Part shown: piece after piece, positions 22,425-27,176 of the stretch | How positions within the stretch are numbered: position 1 is the first letter of the stretch | Layout: every line of letters starts with the position of its first letter | Virus record (IMG/VR): IMGVR_UViG_3300044971_001316 | Coordinates: 1 to 27,176 of that record | Origin: a virus | Lineage: Duplodnaviria; Caudoviricetes | Strand: one strand, 5' to 3' | DNA length: 27,176 nucleotides | Translations under genes and position numbers: made by a program | The notes under the pieces: generated by a model | Told to the model about the DNA's origin: nothing | What the model saw: the letters and a program-made list of their open reading frames with translations, nothing else | Databases searched by the model: none

Positions 22425-25298
22425 TTAAGCCTTGAACTGAGTGACAGAAGCCAGCACTGTGTAGGTGGCACTGCCTGTTTTGATGATGAGGTAGCGGTAG
22501 CTGTCGATGCCGCTTGCGTTACCCGCAGTAGGCGCACCACCAAGCCAGCGAGTCGTCACGCCAGAGGTTGTACCGTCCACTTGCACTGCGTTGTTGTAGT
22601 AGGCTGTAGCGCCTTGAGTGACCAAGAAAGCCACGGTCACCGACTGACCTGTTGCCAGTGCGGTGTCTAGCGATGTACCGCTAGAAGCTCGGAAGTTCAC
22701 TGTCCAGTTCGCTGATGCGTTGGAGGTGTAGAACAGCACCGACTGAGTGGTGATGTCATAAGCAATCGTGCCTGTGGCTGCTGTGGCCGAGACCGTTGCG
22801 ACTTCTGCTGCATCGTTCAATACAATAGCCAATGTGCTGGATGTGCCGCTGAAGGTCTTTGTGCCTGTGAGGGTCTGCGCGCTATCAGGCGTGACAACGT
22901 CACCCCAGCTCGGAGCTGCAGAAGCGCCGCCGGAAAGCATGGCCTGGCCCGACGTGCCGTAGGTCGCACCGCCGATGCCCCACTGACCTGCTGCGCCAAT
23001 CCTGAATCGTTCTGCGGCAGCGCCCGCGCTGACGGTCTCAAACCAGATCGATCCAGCTTCTGCGCCCGCAGTGGCGCTGGTAATATCCGCGCCGATCCTG
23101 ACGTACTGCTGATCAGCGCCGCCGCTGTCCTTGCCGCGCCAGATGAGCACACCAAGCTGGTCGGCCGCTGCTGGGCTTGCAGAGTTGCGGTACAGGACCA
23201 CGTCGGGGGCAGCCGAACCGGAGTCGTCGACAGTCTCAAAGACAACCAAGTCGCCGGTGTTGTTGCCCTGAATCTTGAAGACGCCAGAGGCGGTTGAAGA
23301 ACCTACGGTCGTGTTGCCCGCGCTGTCGAAGGTGATGCGGTCGACACCGTTGGTGGCCAGCACCAGCGACGTGGTGTTGTTGGAGGCCAAGCGGATGGCG
23401 CTTGCTGTTGCCTGGAACTGCGCTTGAGTCGTGCCGCTGACCTGCAGCAGCACGCGAGAGTCGGTGCCCGCGTTGACGAGCAAGTTGCCGGTCATCGTGC
23501 CGCCGCTGATCGGCAGATAGCCTGCAGCAGGCAGGTACGCAGCCGCCCATGCAGCGCCGTCGTAAACCTTCATGGTGCCCGACACGCTGTTGAAGTACAG
23601 CGCGCCAGTGATCAGAGCATTGCCGTCGTTGTCGACGGTCGGGTCGCTGGTTTTCGCACCCAGATAGCGGTCATCAAAGCTGTCGTAGCTTGCCGCCGCA
23701 GCGTTGGCGCTGGACAGGGCCGCGCTGGCGCTGCCCGATGCGGCCGTGGCGCTGTTGCCTGCGGCGATCTCGCTGGCAGACGCCGCAGAGGCCGAAGCCG
23801 CTGCGCTGGTGGCAGAGCCTAGGATCGAATCGGTGTAGGCCTTGGTGGCCCCATCCTGTGCGTTGGTGGGATCTGCCAGGCCGGTGATCTTGTTGGCACC
23901 CATTGCCAGCGCGCCGGACATCGTGCCGCCGGTCAGCGACAGCTTGCCGCCAAGCAGAGTGTCGGCCTCGGTCTTGGTGTAAGCGTCGGTGATGCCGTAG
24001 CCGGACAAGGTGGTGGGGTTCGTGCCTGCGGTCACGCGGCCGTAGACATCGACGGTCACCGAGCGGTAGGTGCTGGCCGAGACGCCGGTGGTGGCCAGGT
24101 CGATGTCGTCGGTGTTGACGACGATGCGAGCGCTGGAGGCAGTGCCGACGTTGAGGGTGTTGCCCGTCTTCGTCATACCCGCGCCAGCCGTGATCTGCCC
24201 AGCGCCGGAGAACTGCTCAAACGTGATCGACGTGCTGCCCAAGGTGCCGCCTGCGGCTACCGTGCAGACCCAGCCGCTGTTGTCGTTGGCGGTACCCTCT
24301 TCCACAAAGAAGAACGCGCCCGGCAGCTCTGCCCAGACGTCTGCGTCGGTGGCCCGGCTCCAAGAGCCCGCTGCCACCACATACACGCCGTTGGCGGATG
24401 CGCTCGACTGGTTCTTGGCCAGCACTCGGTCGCCAGCGATGACGGCCACGCCGTCGATCGTCTGCGTGCCGCTCAAGGTAATGTCGGCCGTGGTAGCCAC
24501 GCGCACGCTGCCCTTGACGTCCAGCCCTTGGGCTACACCATCGACATATGCTTTCGTGGCTGCGTCGCCGTCGGCGGTCGGAGTGCCCACGCCGGTGACC
24601 TTGCTGCCGCCCATGGCGATGGCACCGCTCATGGTGCCGCCGGTTAGGTTCAGCTTGAGGGCGTCCTGCGTGTCGACGTAGCCCTTGTTGGCCGCGTCGC
24701 CGCTGTTGGTTGGGTTGGCCAAGCCAGTGATGGTGCCGACCGACCCGGAGTTCATGTCCAGCGTGCCGTTGATCGTCACGCTGTTGAATGTCGAAGTGCC
24801 GCTGGATGCGGTCACATTGCCGGTCAGGTCGCCCGTCACGTTGCCGATGACGTTACCTGTGACGTTACCTGTCACGTTGCCGGTCAGGTTGCCGGTGAAA
24901 CCCGAGCTGGCCGACGCGGTCGTGAACGCACCGCTGGATGCGGTGGTGCCGCCAATCGGGGTGTTGTTGATCGTGCCGCCACCGATGGTCACTGACGTGC
25001 CGAGGCCTGCAGTGCCGTTGACGGACAGGTTGGTGAAGCTGCCCACTGCGCGAGTGGTCGCGCCAATCGGGGTGCTGTCGATGGTGCTGCCAGTGATAGC
25101 CAGCGACTGAAGCGCGGACGACGCAATCAGCGCCGTGCCCGCTGCGTTGACCATTGCCACCTTGTAGCCGTTGCCAGCCAGCGTCGGCAGCAGATTGAAG
25201 CCCGCAGTGACTAGGTCAAGTTCAGCGCGCAGAGCAGCCGAAGAGCCTGGCGCGTTGGGCGCAGGGTAAGTCGCGTGGTTGTAAAAGCTGTTTGGCAT
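22425..25298 (-). CDS. Tail fibre protein, 957 aa
   Basis: G/T/S/A-rich; DAANKGYVD/DAATKAYVD/DGATKAYTD and LTGGTMSG repeats; VRVATTADITLSGTQTIDG..GDRVLAKNQ..NGVYVV domain; TAATG start/stop overlap at 25298. Confidence 0.88.
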   Translation of the reverse strand: MPNSFYNHATYPAPNAPGSSAALRAELDLVTAGFNLLPTLAGNGYKVAMVNAAGTALIASSALQSLAITGSTIDSTPIGATTRAVGSFTNLSVNGTAGLGTSVTIGGGTINNTPIGGTTASSGAFTTASASSGFTGNLTGNVTGNVTGNVIGNVTGDLTGNVTASSGTSTFNSVTINGTLDMNSGSVGTITGLANPTNSGDAANKGYVDTQDALKLNLTGGTMSGAIAMGGSKVTGVGTPTADGDAATKAYVDGVAQGLDVKGSVRVATTADITLSGTQTIDGVAVIAGDRVLAKNQSSASANGVYVVAAGSWSRATDADVWAELPGAFFFVEEGTANDNSGWVCTVAAGGTLGSTSITFEQFSGAGQITAGAGMTKTGNTLNVGTASSARIVVNTDDIDLATTGVSASTYRSVTVDVYGRVTAGTNPTTLSGYGITDAYTKTEADTLLGGKLSLTGGTMSGALAMGANKITGLADPTNAQDGATKAYTDSILGSATSAAASASAASASEIAAGNSATAASGSASAALSSANAAAASYDSFDDRYLGAKTSDPTVDNDGNALITGALYFNSVSGTMKVYDGAAWAAAYLPAAGYLPISGGTMTGNLLVNAGTDSRVLLQVSGTTQAQFQATASAIRLASNNTTSLVLATNGVDRITFDSAGNTTVGSSTASGVFKIQGNNTGDLVVFETVDDSGSAAPDVVLYRNSASPAAADQLGVLIWRGKDSGGADQQYVRIGADITSATAGAEAGSIWFETVSAGAAAERFRIGAAGQWGIGGATYGTSGQAMLSGGASAAPSWGDVVTPDSAQTLTGTKTFSGTSSTLAIVLNDAAEVATVSATAATGTIAYDITTQSVLFYTSNASANWTVNFRASSGTSLDTALATGQSVTVAFLVTQGATAYYNNAVQVDGTTSGVTTRWLGGAPTAGNASGIDSYRYLIIKTGSATYTVLASVTQFKA
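24810..24897 (-). repeat. 12-nt coding repeat (GNLT/GNVT tetrapeptide run) in the tail fibre
   Basis: TGNLTGNVTGNVTGNVIGNVTGDLTGNVT. Confidence 0.75.
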
Positions 25299-27175
25299 TA
25301 TCGAATTCCTCGCCGGAGAGTGTAGTGAACGATTATCGAGTTCACGGTGAATGGCTGGAGCAGTGCGGACACCGAGGAGATCCGAATGCCCATGTTTTCT
25401 GCTGTGCCGGTGACCTCAACCTCTGATGGCGAGATGTCGTTGCCGTCGAACACGAAGTTGTCCCAGACCATGCTGTCCCAGTACGCAGAGCGCAGGTCGT
25501 TCTCGTGAGTCGAGTCACTTGGCTGATCCAAGAACTGGGTGCGGTAGCCGAGGTCGTAGCCGAAGGCAAACTCTGCGAACGAGTCACCGGTCATCTCGAC
25601 GCTGGCCTTGCGGTAGCGCTTCAGGATGCGGGGCGACTTCGTGCTGTTGTAAACCAGGCTCAGGTTGGCCGGGATCACAGCGCCGTCAAACGACGTGCCA
25701 GCGTCCAGGCGGTAGACGAAGCCATCGCTTGAGCCGAAGAAAGAACTCTCCGCGCCGTCAACGCTCTGGCCCTCCGAGGTGCACAGCACGGGGTTTGGGA
25801 ACTGGATGGGCATCGCGCCCACGTACTTGCCGTTGGCGATCGTCAGATACAGGCCGTAGCCGTCGCTGAAGAACACGCGGTACTGGCCCTTCTCGCGGTT
25901 CACGATGGACGCGCTGGCGAGGTTCCTGCGCACCTGGATGAACGGGCGCAGGTTCATGGTCAGCGACGCGGTGGCGAAGTTGCCGAAGTTGAGCGTGGTG
26001 CCCAGGCCCATGACGCCGCGCTCGCTCAGGATGTACGACTGGTCAAGGTTCTGGCCGGTGTTGGCCACGCCGCCAGTGCCCACGTTGAACGTGGACAGGG
26101 CGAAGTCTTCGGAGCTGGTGCCGTACAGCACCGACGTGTCGGTGCGGGTGTAGACCGCCATCGCGCCGCTTGACTGGTCGCCAGGCAGCGAGAGCAACTG
26201 CGTGATGCTGTCGTTCATGGCGATCTCGCCCGCGCCCAGCACGGGGTCCCAGACGTAGGGGTCACTGATTGCGCTGAACTGCAGCGAGTGGCCAAAGGCC
26301 AAGAACAGGTGCTGCTTGTGCACAGCGATGCGCGTCGGCACGTCGGGCGACATATTGGTGCTGATCGGCACCAGGTAAGTGCCGTCGAACTCAAATGCGC
26401 GGTTGACGCCGTCGCAGAAGTACAGCCGCTTGTTGGTCTGGCCGCCGCCGAAGTTGGCGACCGAGAACTGCACGCGACCGCCGGGCAGCCACGTCATCTG
26501 ACTCTGCGTGCCGTTGACCAAGGCGAACTTGGTGCCGCCGACGTTGATGTGCTCGTTGTTCTGGAACGTGCCGGTGACGGACGTGAAGACAATGCGACCC
26601 GTTGCATGGGGCGCGCCGCCCCAAGAGCCGCTCTCAACCGTCACTCGGCGAGCCACGCCGGTGGCCCCGCTGGTGCCGCCAACAACGGTCGTGCCTTCGG
26701 CGATTTCGGTCGTGCCGTCGTCGAAACGCAGTTCGATGCCAAGGGTCACGGCCGTCCAGCCAGAGCTGCCGGACTTGTACATTGCGAGGGCAGTGCCGCC
26801 CGCGTTGTTGCGCCATGCGTAGGTGGAGCCGTTGAAGAAGCAAACGCCACGCACCGAGCCGGAGCCTGGCACTGCGGCGATGTCTGCCCGGTAGTCGGCG
26901 GCTGCCAGCGACTTGTAGGTGGCATCCTGCAGGCCGTCGGCCACAGCGCCAGCGATGGCGGAGATCGTGCCGACGTTGACCGCTGAAACAATCAGCGCCT
27001 CGCCAATTAGGAAGGTGCCAGTCTCGCGGGTAATCACGACGTTGCCGCCGTCCACCGCGATGACCTTGCCGGTGGCTGCGGAGGTGTAGCCGGTTACGGT
27101 GTTGCCCACCGCGACAGCGCCGGTCAGCGTGCAGGTCAGCACGTTGTAGCGGGCGTCGGATGGGTTGGGCCTGCC
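25298..27175 (-). CDS. Tail tubular/head-closure (stabilisation-type) protein, 5' end outside window (>625 aa)
   Basis: The frame stays open past the listed GTG at 27142 to the edge (..GRPNPSDARYNVLT). Beta-rich sequence, HKQHLFLAF..LQFS and C-terminal KRYRKASVE motifs; lies upstream of the tail fibre. Confidence 0.72.
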   Translation of the reverse strand, partial: GRPNPSDARYNVLTCTLTGAVAVGNTVTGYTSAATGKVIAVDGGNVVITRETGTFLIGEALIVSAVNVGTISAIAGAVADGLQDATYKSLAAADYRADIAAVPGSGSVRGVCFFNGSTYAWRNNAGGTALAMYKSGSSGWTAVTLGIELRFDDGTTEIAEGTTVVGGTSGATGVARRVTVESGSWGGAPHATGRIVFTSVTGTFQNNEHINVGGTKFALVNGTQSQMTWLPGGRVQFSVANFGGGQTNKRLYFCDGVNRAFEFDGTYLVPISTNMSPDVPTRIAVHKQHLFLAFGHSLQFSAISDPYVWDPVLGAGEIAMNDSITQLLSLPGDQSSGAMAVYTRTDTSVLYGTSSEDFALSTFNVGTGGVANTGQNLDQSYILSERGVMGLGTTLNFGNFATASLTMNLRPFIQVRRNLASASIVNREKGQYRVFFSDGYGLYLTIANGKYVGAMPIQFPNPVLCTSEGQSVDGAESSFFGSSDGFVYRLDAGTSFDGAVIPANLSLVYNSTKSPRILKRYRKASVEMTGDSFAEFAFGYDLGYRTQFLDQPSDSTHENDLRSAYWDSMVWDNFVFDGNDISPSEVEVTGTAENMGIRISSVSALLQPFTVNSIIVHYTLRRGIR

Positions 27176-27176
27176 G

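Noticed and set aside
27140-27142. GTG at 27142 as the start of the 614-aa ORF
   Set aside because: The frame remains open to the window edge and there is no SD; the true start is outside the window.
1-27176. tRNA/rRNA genes, integrase, transposase, intron, intein or diversity-generating retroelement
   Set aside because: No supporting motifs seen; the window is almost entirely coding and no near-identical template/variable repeat pair or reverse transcriptase was found.

Overview
A 27 kb piece of the late (virion, lysis and ejection) region of a GC-rich, tailed dsDNA phage. The gene set looks podovirus-like, and the two-component spanins imply a Gram-negative host. All credible genes are on the minus strand. 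In transcription order (right to left): a tail tube/stabilisation-type protein (start outside the window), a 957-aa tail fibre, a 954-aa AT-richer tail protein with an inserted 7-repeat propeller, a tail-assembly-type protein, a ferritin/Dps-like protein, and an extended lysis cassette (small membrane proteins, a Cys-rich lipoprotein, a holin candidate, Rz/Rz1 spanins, a GH19 endolysin). After an intrinsic terminator comes the ejection module: an 862-aa Gln-rich 11-residue-repeat protein, a GNAT protein, three further ORFs, and a giant ORF of >3390 codons (10180 to beyond position 1) missing from the ORF track because it has no stop in the window. The giant ORF is a large polyvalent protein with HExxH peptidase, ADP-ribosyltransferase, glycosylase-like, HDxxGH, GNAT-like and LPD38-type regions. 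The most novel signals are inside it: three small genes overprinted in its +1 frame, each with its own Shine-Dalgarno and shifted codon bias, and a recurring PMFSNRA-like motif at its domain boundaries. Together these suggest a self-processed injected polyprotein with embedded partner genes. All family assignments come from motif recognition by eye, not database searches.
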